NCBI GenBank assembly: GCA_951406725.2
Contig: OX597826.1
Span: 52,762,001 to 52,826,000, forward strand
Direction of reading: 5' to 3'
Source: Octopus vulgaris
Taxonomy: Eukaryota
DNA length: 64,000 nt
The translations under genes and the position numbers were made by a program. The notes under the pieces are model-generated. The model worked only from the letters and a program-made list of their open reading frames with translations, was not told the origin of the DNA and searched no databases. Positions 10,549 to 24,756 of this stretch are shown here, piece after piece; within the stretch, counting starts at the first letter, position 1; each line of letters opens with the position of its first letter.

Positions 10549-11571
10549 GCACATACGCATGCACGCATATACACACAAATATAATTAGATGCTTGTGATA
10601 TTCGAATATGATTGGGGAATTAGGGATTAAGACTTAAAGTGTAGATTCATAGGGATTACCTAAGGGGTATTGTGGAAATATACTGTATGATCGTTTAGGC
10701 ATTTGGATTTGTGGTAAAATTTGAATGTGTGAAAAAAGCGGTGGTTGCATGTGCTTAGTGCCGCATTATGTCTATTTAGCAGTGCTGGAGAGTTGTGCTT
10801 TAATATGTGAAGCGCCTCCTTCAGGCAAAGTGTGCATGTTGAGCGTTTACGTCGGTAGGGAAGCCCTAAGTCCAGTATGGACTATGATAGAGTATAGTGT
10901 ATATTTGTATTTTTGAGATGATGTATGTTGTTGGCGAGTGTTGTAGATTTACTATGTTTAGCGTATCTAAAAGAATGGAGGTGAGTGGCATATCGATGCT
11001 TAAACTTTTAGGTTGATCCAATGTATATGGCTGTATAGTTGTGTAATAGATTAAGGACAGTGCATTTGTAAATTCCATTATATCTTCTGCAATGGGTTTG
11101 TAACGGGCAGATGGTTCCAGGACAGCAATTACAATTAGGTGAATTTTGGGGACTGCGTTCAGGAATAGAGGAGGTAATATCGTCAGAGGAAAGGTTAGAG
11201 AAAGAGGTAGAAGATTCTATATTATTAATATTATTAACGTTCTGATCATCATTACTATTATTACTATTGCTGTTATTAATTGTACTATTTGTAAGGGTGG
11301 TAGAGATTCTGGTGGTGTTCCAAGTAGTGTCAGTAGGATGGGATGGGTTGTGGTTGTGGTCTAATGTAAGGGTATCTGTGCTGGAGCTGTATGTGTGTTG
11401 AGTGTTCGTATGACTAGAGTTGTAGTTATGTGAGTTTTGATAGTAAAGAGAATGCTTTTGCTTATTAGAGGCTACTGCAATAGATTCGAAGTTGGGTGAG
11501 GTAGAATAAGATAGAACTGTCCAAACAAATAATCTATATTCCTAAATTCTTCATTCCATACTGCTACCCCC

Positions 11572-11603
<32 letters not shown>

Positions 11604-11790
11604 GCTCCATCACTCAGGCTCTATGACTACTTAACTGACACCCCTTTACTTTTTATACTCCTCTCTCTATTACCCCCATTCCTTCTATCTTTTTACACTC
11701 TAATACCTTTCTCTGTCTATCATCCTCATCTCACCATTCCTATTTTCAAATTATCTTGACTTACCACTAACTTATTATCTCTCTCCTTGT
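9626..11790 (-). mobile_element. 5'-truncated Penelope-like element with GIY-YIG endonuclease, terminal hammerhead motif and inverted 3'UTR copy
   Basis: Minus frame ~10730-11140 reads PNCNCCPGTICPLQTHCRRYNGIYKCTVLNLLHNYTAIYIGST*KFKHRYATH..CTLCLKEA. Hammerhead-like TCT-CCGATGA..TAAAC-AGCT-GTA-AGA at 9691-9736. ~10005-10230 is inverted at ~11535-11775. Confidence 0.85.
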
Positions 11791-12565
11791 TTTTCTTTTT
11801 TCTTTTTTTCTTTCTTTTCTTTATTCCTCTCTTCCTGTTTTTTCTCTTTTTTCTTCTCTTTTATCTTTTCTTTATTTCTCACCTCCTGTACAGACATACA
11901 TACGTACACAGATATACGTGCACATATAAATTTATATGTGTAAGTATGTATTCGTATTTTCGTGTATTCTTTTATTTGTAATCTGCTTTGAGTAACAATA
12001 AGCAACGCCCTGTCAAGTTGCAGTCAATATTATCGACGCCCGTTCATTGTGTCATACTTTCTTTATTGATTTTGATGTAGAAGAAAGACTAAAGGTAATT
12101 GTTGTACAAGATTGTAAACGGGCGTGACCGAGGTGTATTAGAAGGCCAAAAACTATCTTCAGTTGACATAAGTTTTGCTCTGTCAGTCAGACAACATGAT
12201 TCTGATTTCGATTTTACTCGGTCAAGTTGTTTCTACAATAGGCTAATACTGAAAATTTTGGTGTAAAGAACGTTTGCAGAAACCTGTCGTATTTATGTAT
12301 ATGCACATAGAGGGCTTCTTGGTGGCATAAAAATAATTTTCCTTTTGCCCTTGTTTATAAGTTATATATACAGACATATACGACGGGCTTCTTTCAGTTT
12401 CTGTCTACGAAATCCACTCTCAAGGCTTTGGTCAGCTCAAAGCTATAGTAGAAGATATTTGCCCAAGGTGCAACGCAGCGGGACTGATCCCGAAACCACG
12501 TGGTTGGGAGGCAAGCTTCTTACCACACAGTCACGCTTGCGCTTATATGATATAAAAAAAAAAAA

Positions 12566-12604
<39 letters not shown>

Positions 12605-13866
12605 CTAGAGTGCAGCGAGATAATGGAAAACTAAACGAAAGAACAACTAAGGTTGGTGCTGCGATGAAAGTTGACAGGATGGAATAAAATCCAAGCTGTG
12701 AATACGTGGGCGATAGCATCACTTCCGTATAGAGCGGGAATTATAAAATAGCAAAAGAGAGAAATCAAAAAAAATGGATACCAAGAGCAGAAAAATGTTA
12801 ACAGTACACGGAGCTTTCCACACTAAGAGGGACACCGACAGGCTGTACTTGTCCAGAAGAAATTGTGGGAGAGGTTTGATCAGTTGCCAGGACTGTATCT
12901 CAGCAAAGGAAAACAGCCTAGGGTGGTATATAAAAATGCCGTAGAACAACTGTTAAAACACACGAAGAAGGCTGGCGTCATCAAAACTGAAAATTGAGTA
13001 ACTAAAGGAAAATTTAAGCAAGAAATGAACAAAAAAAAAACAGCATGGAATGAAAAAATATGCTTTTAGTTTGCAAGAGATGTAAACGCCAAGACGTTGG
13101 CTATAGATGAGGTGGAGTGGCCTGAAGAGAGACACAGAAGCACTCATATGTGCATCTCAGGAACAAGCGTTAAGGACCAATTATATGAAGAGCAGATTCA
13201 ACGAAACTACCGATAGGGACAAATGCAGAATGTGTGATGAGAGGGGTGAAACAGTATAGCACATCGTTTACGAATGGCCGAAATTGGCACAACGCGAATA
13301 AAAACGACGCCATGATAATGTGGCAAGAATGATCCATTGGGAGTTCTGTGGAAATCACGGCCTACAAAGAGCAAAGACATGGTATGAACAAACCCTACAA
13401 GGAGTCACAGAAAATGAGAACTGCAAAATCCTGCGGATGAAATGATCCAGTGTGATCACGTGACCAGATATAGGAGACCGGACATTGATGTGGTGAATAA
13501 AAAATAAAGAATATGTATGATTATCGGTGACAATAGGATCAATGTGAAAGAAGAAGAAAAAGCAAACAACTACGACGATTTAAAGTGGGAAATACGATGG
13601 TTGTGGTCAATGAAAAAAGGCAGACGTGATACCAAGAGTAATTGATGCCCTTGGAAGTATCAGTACTCAACTACCAACAAGGCTGAAAAAGATCGGTGCA
13701 AGTGTGAAGGTTGAGCACCTGCAAAAATCAGCATTGCTTGGAACTGCAAGAATACTTCGCAGGATTCTTGAAGCATGATCAGTAAACAAGTGTCGCTTTA
13801 GTATACTGGTTGTGGACAGCTGACACTTTCCATCATGCCCAGCAAAATATACTCTGAGTTTTCATA
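12605..13866 (+). mobile_element. Dong/R4-clade non-LTR retrotransposon, 3' portion (RT thumb, CCHC finger, restriction-like endonuclease)
   Basis: NKIQAVNTWAI..RLYLSRRNCGRGL, KCRMCDERGETV.HIV..RRHDNVAR, RPDI, LQKSALLGTARILRRILEA*. (TAA)n on both sides. Confidence 0.9.
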
Positions 13867-14684
13867 TAATGATAATAATAATAATAACTCACGGATGGAA
13901 TTTTTAAATATTTTGATGCATCGCTACACGCGTTTTCACAAATCAAATGCCTCTTATGACCGTAGTCTTTATTCCTGGTACGATTACTATACAATCTGTA
14001 ATATCCATGGATATCATTTTGATCGTAGATCATGCGTTCATTTTTTCGGGCGATTTGACATTACAGTTCGAAGTAATTAATGTTTAACAGACGGTTGGGT
14101 ATCAATTTTTACCAATCAAAAGAAAGGTTCATTGGGGTATGTAGTCAGTTTTCTGTGAATTTGGTAAGGAAGGAGAGAAGGTGATGAAAAGAGAGAAAGG
14201 ATGCTAATGATAAAGGAGAGAGGGAATGTGTAGTGAGACAAGGCCTGTTTTGATATTTATGTGTGCACATGTTAGGATGGGTAGTACAGGACATTGGTGT
14301 GACTTTAGTCACAGCAGGCACTTCCTCAATTAATTCAGATGTTGTTGAGCCAGGAAGCAAACTTTATTTTGATGTTAAAGTACGTTATCTGTGTTGACAA
14401 AAAATGTTCTCTTAAAGGATCCTTTTAATCTCTTCTGGTGGTACGGTGATATAACAGGAAAATTATGGGTGTTTTTGTTTAGTTCGTTTATAGTTTCTTC
14501 TCTTTATCAATTAGAAGGTAATGATAGGTAGTGTTTCTCTGTTTCGTAATGTTCTGTTCGAATTCTGGGAAGGATGCTTTGATCTTATGTTTGCATGATA
14601 CAGTTATTTCGGAATGTCTATTAATTATGTTTCGTTTTTGGATTTGGTTTGCAAGATTCTTTATATGAGTTCGTGTGTTGAAGC

Positions 14685-14928
14685 ATATTCTGTTGTGTCT
14701 GAGGAGAGTCATTCTCTTTTAGTGCCTTATTAGTTAACACACTCACCGATAAAATTTCCACTTATTTCTTATTTTTATTTCTAAAATAGTCAAGACTATT
14801 GAAAAGGTTGCAAGACGCAACGAAAATTTTAGAAAATAAAAATAAGAAATAAGTGGAAATTTTACCGGTGAGTGTGTTAAATAATAAGGCACTAAAAGAC
14901 AATGACTCTCCCCAGACACAACAGAATA
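14685..14928. repeat. ~100-bp-arm inverted repeat, probably a Penelope-like terminus
   Basis: ~14685-14787 is a near reverse complement of ~14826-14928. The spacer contains TTGAAAA-G-GTTGC-AAGAC-GCAAC-GAAAATTTTA. Confidence 0.7.
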
Positions 14929-15410
14929 TTAATTATGTGTTCCCTGGATGTAATGATCTCTACAGTTTCCTCTACATAAAAGTTATACACCAACGATGTT
15001 TTATTGTATGGTCTAGCGTTTTTTTTATTATAGACCAGTTGGTTGTATACTCAACTCCATTCCGTTTGAGCCTCCAGTTGTGGTTAGATAATGATGTGCA
15101 GTGCCTTTTGTTTTCGTTAAAAAATGACGTAAGATAATTACGCCTACGTTATATCAACATAGCTTGCTGCAACCTCATAAAACTGCTGCAAGTTAGTATC
15201 ATGCAAGGTTTACAAAGAATAATTTCTGGGGTCGATTCCTTCGACTAAAACCATTTAAGGCGGTGCTCTAGCATGGCCACAATCAAATGACTAAAACGTG
15301 TAAAAGAATAAAAGAATATATATACGTATATATATATATATCAATTATTACATTCATACACACACACATGCACACGCACACACACACACACACACACACT
15401 CACTCATATC

Positions 15411-16950
15411 GTCCTCATCATCTCATCGTTCAACGCCAGACTTTCATTCATGCATGGGTTGGATGATTGAAGACTACCCCAGGCTACTATGTCTGTTTTG
15501 TCAGGGTTTTTAAGGCTGGATGCTCTTCCTAAGGTCAACCACTCCGCAGAGTGGACTCTGCTTTTTACGAGGCACTAGCACAGACGAGGTCAGTTTTGGC
15601 ATGAATTTTACAGCTGAATACCCTTCCAAATACTAACCTTTTTACAGTATGGACTGGTTGCTTTTTACGTTGCACCAGCACCAGCAGGGTCACCAAGAAA
15701 CTTACGAGAAATTTTGAGATGGCGTGTTCATTGGAGGAGGGGACGCTGTGTCAAATGATGAAAGGTTACAGTGTGACAGAGAAATAGAGAGCCAAAAAAT
15801 AAGTGTCTTGCTATAGAGAAGATACGAGTACCTTGCGAGAGAGAGAAACATAGAAGATAGAGAGGGAGAAACATTGAGAGAGAGAAGAGAAAGAGAGGGG
15901 GTAGAAGATAGGGAGGAAGAACAGAGTGGGAGAAGAAGAGAGAGGGGAGAGAGAGAGAGGGGAGAGAGAGAGAGGTACAAGAAAGAGGATAGAAACAGGT
16001 GTGCTGATGAAAGGGAGATACTAGGTAACCTAGCCAGAGAGAAAAGCAAGAGGAGAAAGAGTGATCAAGAATGAAGACAGAAACAGACATGCTGCTGTAG
16101 AAGAGATACATAGCTACCCAGCCAGAGGGAAGAGCTAGGGAAAGAGAGAGAGAGAGAGTGGGAAACAGTAAAAGTGCAAGAGAGCGCGGGAGAGAGATGG
16201 TGGTGAAGTTTCAGGGTCTACTCACAAGTAATAAGGATCAGAGCAAAGATGGGATGGTGGAGTAAGGAAGAGAGAGATAAATGGTGGTAATTGCCAGGGC
16301 ATGCTCTCAAGATACAAAGGTCATAATATACGGGGTCAGGTTTTGCCCAGAAGGCATGAGTAGGGAGTAGAGATTAAAGTGACTGCCAAAAACCTGGGTA
16401 TAAAGATGGTGGGGGGAAGCCTTGATACAGTGAGCAAGGCTGGGAGGGCAGGGAAGAGCCGGGAAACAATCATCGTGTGTGAAGAGTAAATGCGAGGAAG
16501 AGAAAGATGCAGTTTAGAAGAGATGTAGTTCGGTTTCTTGGGGTAGGGTATGTGTAAAGATTAGTGCTATATGTGGGTGGGGCACAACGTTTCTAGCTCT
16601 CAGTATCGCTGACATGGACGGGTCTTTAGAACCTCATATCACCAAACATCTCGGTCGATTGTCATTTCTTCTTTGAGACCTGTCATCCTGAGATTGGTCC
16701 TCATCACCTCATCTCACGTCTTCCTGAACCTCCCTCTTCCACAGATACCATCTACTTTCACTGACGGGCACTTCTGTATACAGCTGCCTTACTCATACAC
16801 ATCACATGTCCAAACCAACGCATTCTCCTCTCTTGCATGCTACATTTAATTCCTCTTGGGCCTAACTTTTCTCTAAACACAGCTGAACTTTGTTGATCAT
16901 GCACTCTGATGTTACAAATCTAACGGTGATTACTACCTTCATTCCTCTCC
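15411..16950 (-). mobile_element. RTE-clade LINE 3' end with long purine/pyrimidine-biased 3'UTR
   Basis: Minus translation ~16600-16950 reads ERRMRWFGHVM..KVDGICGRGRFRKT. (GAT)n-type tail at ~15415. A related 3' end lies at 45780-46400. Confidence 0.75.
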
Positions 16951-17783
16951 AGTTTGTGTGTGTGTGTGTGTGTGTGTTTGTGTTTGTGAGCGCGTGAGTG
17001 CATACATATGTGTGTGTATATGTTTGTGTGCATCTAAATATGGCCCTGATTAAATAATATACTAATAGTACGACTTACTTGATTACCTTTGCTTTCTGGT
17101 TTTGTATTGTTTTTTAATTGCATATTGTGCACGGTTTATTGTAACTGAAAGCTTATGAATTAAAATGCAGCTACTAAAGCTAAGTGAAGGTTATGTAAAA
17201 CGGTTATAGTATCCTAGTATTATTGCAATATTTGCAATGAAATGTCATCCTAATATGAATGATATTTGTTTATTCATTGTGATTCGCTTGTCTAAATAAA
17301 TGCCAGGCAACTATTTTCATTTGAGGCTGCGTTTTAAAGCCTAATTGAAACAAAACGTTGATCTCACACATTATCTATTCAAACACGGACGAAATGTCTT
17401 AGTTTCACTTAAAAGTTCATTATTTGGTGTCAAAACCTTCCTCACAACTACGACCTCATCACAGACGTGACTCCACCGCATGAGTCACTTAGCGGCTATT
17501 TCTGCGACGAAAATTTCCCTTAAACAATAAATGCTTAGATGAAGTTAACAGCGTTTGTATGTTTATCCATGACCAATATGTATCCTTCACGCTGTAATTG
17601 TATGCTTTTTTATTTATTCAACTTTGCTTGCCGCTATTCAACTGTATATTCTGTGTGCGCAATTTGAGACAAACTATTTTATCACCTTAAATTTACACAC
17701 ATCGAAGGTGTATCGGTCACGGTGTTTAACTTATTTAATTTTAACGATGAAAATACATAGCGAGATGCTGATTCTCTTCCCAG

Positions 17784-17957
17784 GTGGCATTGCTGGTATT
17801 GTTTCTGTCATCGCAATTTTCTCCCTCTCCTTCTTCTTATTCTTTTTCATAAGACTACACAGAAGGATTGATCGATTGATTGATTCTAGCTCGTCAAATA
17901 ACCACATAAAATCTACCACCATTTGTGAATCATTATATGGCAGAATGCTAACCGCCC
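17784..17957 (+). CDS. Candidate internal exon encoding a transmembrane helix plus juxtamembrane tail of a single-pass membrane protein
   Basis: Acceptor CTGATTCTCTTCCCAG, 174 nt, phase 1-1, donor C|GTAATT. Peptide GIAGIVSVIAIFSLSFFLFFFI-RLHRR-IDRLIDSSSSNNHIKSTTICESLYGRMLTA. Confidence 0.55.
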
Positions 17958-17980
17958 GTAATTATTTTCACTGCGTTATG

Positions 17981-18019
<39 letters not shown>

Positions 18020-18157
18020 CATACACGCACGCAAGCGCGCATTCTAGTATGCACACAAGCAGGCACTCAAGCACACAAAGGAGCTGCAAATATAAAAGGG
18101 CCAGGTAGATCTAAGGTTATTTATTGTAAGTGACGCTTGCCCATGTTGTCCCATTTC

Positions 18158-18264
<107 letters not shown>

Positions 18265-18457
18265 GCGTAACATCAGCGCCAAGCAGTGTTTAGGTTAGTT
18301 ATAATGTGTTTGTGACATATTCCAACTGCTAAAAGGCAAATTCACTACAGTTACTGTGGAGATAAATTCTACCTTGTAAAAAGGTGTAAAAGTCGGTATC
18401 TACACAGCATCGCCACATGGCATTTATGTATGCATGTGAGTATATATATATTAGCCA

Positions 18458-18625
18458 CTACACATTCTTTATTTTCTCTCCTTGTTTCTTTCTGTGTTCC
18501 TTTCTGTGGAAGAGCGTAGGCTCGAAACGTAAAAAGACTTTTTCACTTCCCGAGCGTTATACTAATACATCTGTTTGTTGTCTACACCACCTGTCTTCGT
18601 CTTTTTTTTGTGAATTCTCCCTATA
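18458..18625 (+). mobile_element. Penelope-LTR-like short repeat with minimal hammerhead-like motif
   Basis: TTT-CTGTGGA-A-GAGC-GTAG-GCTC-GAAAC-GTA-AAA at 18501-18534. Second copy at ~48890-49030. Confidence 0.55.
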
Positions 18626-18766
18626 TATATATGGAAAAGAAGTATATTCCTACGCAGGGAAAAATACAGAATTCGTTTTGGGGACTTTTAAATAAATCTA
18701 TTGAAAAGCAACTATACGTTTTTCAGGTGAATTTTCAACCCACCCAAACAAATTCTCCTACACACA

Positions 18767-18797
<31 letters not shown>

Positions 18798-18823
18798 GCG
18801 CACATACACACACATATTCACAC

Positions 18824-18905
<82 letters not shown>

Positions 18906-18906
18906 T

Positions 18907-19003
<97 letters not shown>

Positions 19004-20190
19004 GTACATGTAGTCAGAGGAAGGCTTTCAGTCCGAAATATCGAAGTCATTGTCAGCCTCTTGTGTATATTAGCATAGCTTTCATGTGTTTCTCTGTGTG
19101 TGTGCATGCGAGTGTGTGTGCATGAGCGTGTGTGCGTATGTGTGCGCGCGTGTGTCATTAAGTGCTTTACACTAAACCAGTTGGTCAACTGGAGAAAAGA
19201 ATTTGTCAAAGGTTGTTGCGATTTTCCTTTTTGCTCCGTGCAAAGAAAAGGCAAATTTAAATTAAACAATTTTTTTTTTATTTAAATATAACTGCAATTT
19301 GTTGTTACCGTACTGGTGCATTTAATCAATTTTGAAAAACGTGTTCCTTCGTAATAGAATTTCTTTTAACTTCAATGCTTTAACGACGAAAAGTTTCAAA
19401 CGTCTGCAAACATTTTGTGCTGTCCTAATAACAGCTGCCTTTTTATTACTTGTTTACTGGACAACATCGTGATTTATACCTATTTACATTTCTCATAAAG
19501 TTTAAGATCCATATTTTCTCTGTTTATGCATTTAGATACATTACAAATGTTACAATAAGCTCATGAAAGGTGTTCCCTTATAATTGATTTGTTAATATCA
19601 ACATTTCTCTCTAAATCTGAGTTTTAACTAGAAATGCCTATTATGACGAACACCCACTGTTCGGACAGACCTGTGATTACTCTGCATTTCTTCATTTATT
19701 AATCGTGTGGTGAGGAACTGACTTTGTCTTGTATTTCCCATGAACAAATATACATACATATATAAATTCATATGTATATGTGTATATATATATATATATT
19801 CTTTTTTTTTTAATTGTGTCATCATTGGACTGTGGCCTTGCCGGGGCATATATAGCGCGATTTAAATTGCACAACATATAAATGGCATTTAGAAATTTGC
19901 GAACAACCTCATTCAACCAAAGGAAAACATTGCGAACAGAACTAATATACTACAATTCACTTTTACTTTCATTGGTCTCCATTTTTAGCAGGATCAGAGA
20001 CCAAACACAAAAAACAAAACTGGAGACTTAGTCCATAACAAATTTTCTACGTCATCTTATATGTGCTTCTGAGGGGGTCAGATACTGCAATTCGAGACGG
20101 TCAGATACTGCAATTCGAGACGAGTAAGATTTCTAATTTTTCACTTCCTCTTTTATTCGTACATTTAATCAACCTAACTTTCATTTAAGC

Positions 20191-20223
<33 letters not shown>

Positions 20224-20224
20224 T

Positions 20225-20304
<80 letters not shown>

Positions 20305-20312
20305 GTATATAT

Positions 20313-21350
20313 ACGTTTCTCACGCACGCGGGTTTGGCTCTGGTGGGCAAGGCTGGTTGGTAGGGGACGAAAAGTTTTCTATTAGCGGCTTTTCTACAGA
20401 ATTTGGTAAATATGAAACCGTCCACTGTGATTTTGAGTTGGAAGTCGAGTAGAGAGAGGGTTCCGGATTCATCTGGATGTTCAATCCCGAATCTAATGTT
20501 TATATCGCTATTATTGAGCCAAAGACGCATACGTAAGAAACAAGATTGCACGTATAAACAACAATTGCAGCAACATGACCGACAAAGCCGTATACAGCAA
20601 ACAGTTCCTCAAAGATCTAACCCTGAATGGCTACCCACCATCTTTAGCTAAACATCGGCGCCTGAAGAACATCAAGGTCAGTAAACCCCGGAAGAATCAG
20701 CTTACTCCTAAGTCTGGCACGTGCCTCCTAAAGCTACCACCCTTTGACGACAGAACTACTGCAGCAATACAACACGCAGCCCGCAGGGAGGGACTCGACA
20801 TACAAATAATGCACACCAGCCATTCCCTGATAAAAGCTCTGTCCAGGATCAACACCGCTCACTACTCTCAGGAGTGTACATTCTCGAAATTGCCCATCAA
20901 TGATCCTGAATTGTGCCAGAGAGCCTATGTCGTATATGAGACCATCTGTGGAAAATGTGGCGCATCCTACATCCGAAGCACAAGAAAACTGCATGTACAC
21001 ATTACGGAACACATGCAGGCAGACACTTCCGTTAAGAAACATCTACGGAAATGCCAGACCCGGGAGTTCATAGTGCACGTCAAGGCAACACAGCGGAACA
21101 GGGGCAACTTTAGAATCTCTGAGGTTATCCTCATACACCGAAAGAAAACCAAAATCCATAATAGACAGGAGTTACAGGAAGCTAGCTGGTTGCTGTAGCA
21201 ACACTCTTCTGCGCATGCTCACTCTACATACACTTACACACACGTACATCAGCAACATTCTTCAGTTTCTTGAAAATGGAGTCATAACCCTGAAATATTA
21301 AATACAAGGTAAGTACATTAATTCACATATTTGTTTTCTTGTGATTTACC
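20313..21350 (+). mobile_element. Penelope-like element, 5'-truncated and 5'-inverted; RT C-terminus plus GIY-YIG
   Basis: Minus 20313-~20518 reads IRFGIEHPD..LSLLDF..RKAANRKLFVPYQPALP. Plus ~20519-21198 reads NGYP..VVYETICGKCGASYIRST..EH. Confidence 0.85.
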
Positions 21351-21469
21351 TTGCATTTCCTTTGCATTGTTTTGGCCTCGATCTTTTATACAATATATTC
21401 TACACAATGCTTCACAGTAATTATTTCATACATACATATATATATATATGGTGGTTTTCTACTCCTTAT

Positions 21470-22900
21470 GCAGAGTTTGACCACCTCCTGTACCTACACC
21501 TTAGTACCATCATGGCATCTGATGTGGCTTTTTAAAACAGACAATGTTCTGAAAAGACACCCACACAGATTACACATCCGATTTGGACCAGCAAATGATG
21601 CAGATAAGTTCTGGTCTTTGTGGATCTTAAAATGTCTTTTGAGGTCTCCGTTAGATTTGCAAACCTTCTGGCACACACTGCATTCAAAGGTGTGCACAGA
21701 CATATAGGCATAATAGTTGGTGGAGGTTCGTTTTCCATAGGTTCACAGAGGAGATTTGAGCCCAGCAAAAGACAGGTATGGTTCATCACAGACTGTGTAC
21801 ACAAAAAGGTCATTATCATTCACCTTCTCGATCGTTACATTCTTCCTTAGATCTCTTTTGAGTCTTACTTGCGTAATCCTGGTCTCTTCAAATGCTTTCA
21901 CTCCACTCCACACTTTTGTTCGCCATCCAACTCGATCCGAATGAAGGGTTTCTATGTCTTCTGGATCCATGCCAAGTTACTTCATAGTAGTCCTTATGCC
22001 GTCCTTACACTATTTTTTTAAAGTTTATGCCGACACCGTTTTCCCTCTGCAAGCTCACCATAAAACAGCAATTTCGGCATGCGTTCATCTGCCATCGAAC
22101 AATATGGCCACATCATCTCATTTCGTTCCTCAAAATCATAGATTTAATTGAGATGATGCCTGCAGATGCAAGGACATCTGTGTTTGGAGTAAAATAACTC
22201 CATTTAATTTTTAAAATGCGATGAAGGCATTTTTGGTGGAATTGTTCTAAATTTAAAATGCCTTTCATAACAAGTTCATGTTTCACAAGAATACAACAGG
22301 GATGGTAAGACAAATGATTTGTAAAGAGCCAGCTTTGTATTCTTATTTATATGTCACTGGCACCAAACGCGTGACTCCAAGCCGCCAAATGCTTTTGCTG
22401 CCCTTTGCATTCGCAGCTGTATTCCTGTATCAAGATTTCCATCATTTTGTACAGAGCTTCCAAGGTAGATGAATGAATCGACAACCTCAAGTAACTTACC
22501 TTTAACAAAACTTTTAGTGGGGTAACAAACAAAGTTTTGTTAAAGGTTGATGCAGGTTGATGCATTACAAATGCTTTTTTTCAAGTTGATGGTCAAGCCA
22601 GAATCATCACATGCCGAGTCAAATGCAGATACAAGAGATTGCAGATCTGTTTCAGAATGACTGACAAGATCGCAATCGCAAGCATACAAAGTTCCCTAAT
22701 GAGTGAAGTAAAAACCTTCGCTTTGAATTTCAGTCTGGTTAGATTAAAGGCATTCCCTGTTGTTCAGAGTTTTGAAAAGCATGTGACAACACAGCAGCAA
22801 AGTGTATTGCAAACAGGGTGAGTGCATCAAGGTTTCCTTGCTTTACTCCATTTTCCACGGCAAAAGATTCAGAGAGCCTGCCACCAAAGTTAACACTAGC
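21470..22900 (-). mobile_element. RTE-BovB-like LINE 3' half with C-terminal C2H2 fingers
   Basis: TLFAI..FNLTRLK..IREL..CDCDLVSHSETDLQSLVSAFDSACDDSGLTINLKK, LEQFHQKCLHRILKIKW, then CSVCQKVCKSNGDLKRHFKIH and CNLCGCLFRTLSVLKSHIRCH. Confidence 0.85.
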
Positions 22901-22913
22901 TTTCATGTCTTTT

Positions 22914-22970
<57 letters not shown>

Positions 22971-24518
22971 CGAATTCAAAGCAGCTCTAGAGTAGTAAAC
23001 ATTATCGACCGCACATACTCAATGTATGAATTTGTTCGCCAGTTTTCTGCAGTAGAGTGCCACAGGAACATCTCCTTTATTGCACTGGATGTTAAAACAC
23101 CTGAAAGTCATAGATACGGTGACAGTTCGCCCCAGAGCCCTTTCTAGAGTGATGGGTGCCCATATTTCGCCATTAACCAACATCAGTTTCCAAGCGGTTG
23201 TGGGTTAGAAACATATACACACACACACACATACATACATGATGAACTTCTTTCAATGCCCGTTTATCAAATCACAAGACTTTAATCGGCCCGAGGCTAC
23301 AGCGGGAGACATGCAACGGGACTGAACTTGGAACCATGTCTGGGAAGCAAAATACTTACCACATGCACGCGCACGCACATACCATGGCTGTGTGCTCCGT
23401 AATTTGCTTCTCAACCACATGGTGCCGGTTTCAGTTACACTGCTTGTTTTCCACTATACCCCCGGGCCTATTAAATCCTTGTGGGTGGACTTCATATACA
23501 GTCATTGAAAAAGCCCGTTGTATACATACATACATACATACAAACATACATACATACATACATACATACATACACACATACACACACACATACATACATA
23601 CATACATAATACATACATTCATACATACATACACAAACACATACATACATACATAATACATACATACATACATACATACATACATACATACATACATACA
23701 TACATACATACATACATGAATGTTCAAGTTTACATGAATTTACATTTAATATTCAACAATTATAACTTGATATCATCCCATTTGTAATAACATCTCTCAA
23801 TCTATCAGTATTTATATCTGGGATAATAAGAACATTCCTATCTCTACATTATGAGTACATCTAGTATTCTTTTATTTTCTAATATTATTCTCCCACTATG
23901 CTGCATACAAAACACTGGACGTTACTGTCTTAGACTGACCATGTTCATAAAAAGCCCTTTTAAAAAATCAGCACAATGGCTGGGGAATATCTAACCTTTA
24001 TACAATGCTAATATGATAATGGGTGCTGACCTGACTATAAACACTAATGTTTTAGTATGTCCCTCTTCCAAATTTGGCAATACAATGACCCTACTTCTAG
24101 TAAGCGACCCCTATATCATCCCCTTACATACTTCCTCCGTTTTCTATTCTACATGAATATTTTCATCTTCCCTATACCAATAGCCATTCCTTCAGTGTTC
24201 TGCTTATCATAACAAGAAATGGTTCTGATAAACGTAGCATTAATTTTCTTACGTCGTTCAATTTTCCTCAATTGATCTATAGACCAATTGAGTAAACCTA
24301 TCAGTAATATAATTGTAATGGTTACTAGAAACAGCAGTGAGCTAAATTTGCTCGAATAACAGAAAAATATGTAATGGCTATTATTTCAGCTAGTTTCCTA
24401 TATATCACTCTGTGTAAAAACCAGTTTGTCTGAACCCATTTACGGATTTACTATATAGAATTGTGATGAATAATAAACTTGGACCCTACCACAAGATTAT
24501 TTGGAGTTCTTCACTAAC

Positions 24519-24583
<65 letters not shown>

Positions 24584-24709
24584 AATATATACATGATGTC
24601 GTCGCCATCATGTATCGTACGTTTTGCTTTCCACACTGGTAAGTCAAATATAAAATAAAACAATAATCCTTACTTCTACGCAAGTCTTTTCTCAGTTAAT
24701 AAATGCCTC

Positions 24710-24756
<47 letters not shown>

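Noticed and set aside
20076-20121. 23-bp perfect tandem duplication
   Set aside because: Ordinary local slippage duplication with no further structure.
21494-21703. Host C2H2 zinc-finger gene
   Set aside because: Contiguous and co-oriented with a decayed RTE ORF, with no TGEKP linkers.
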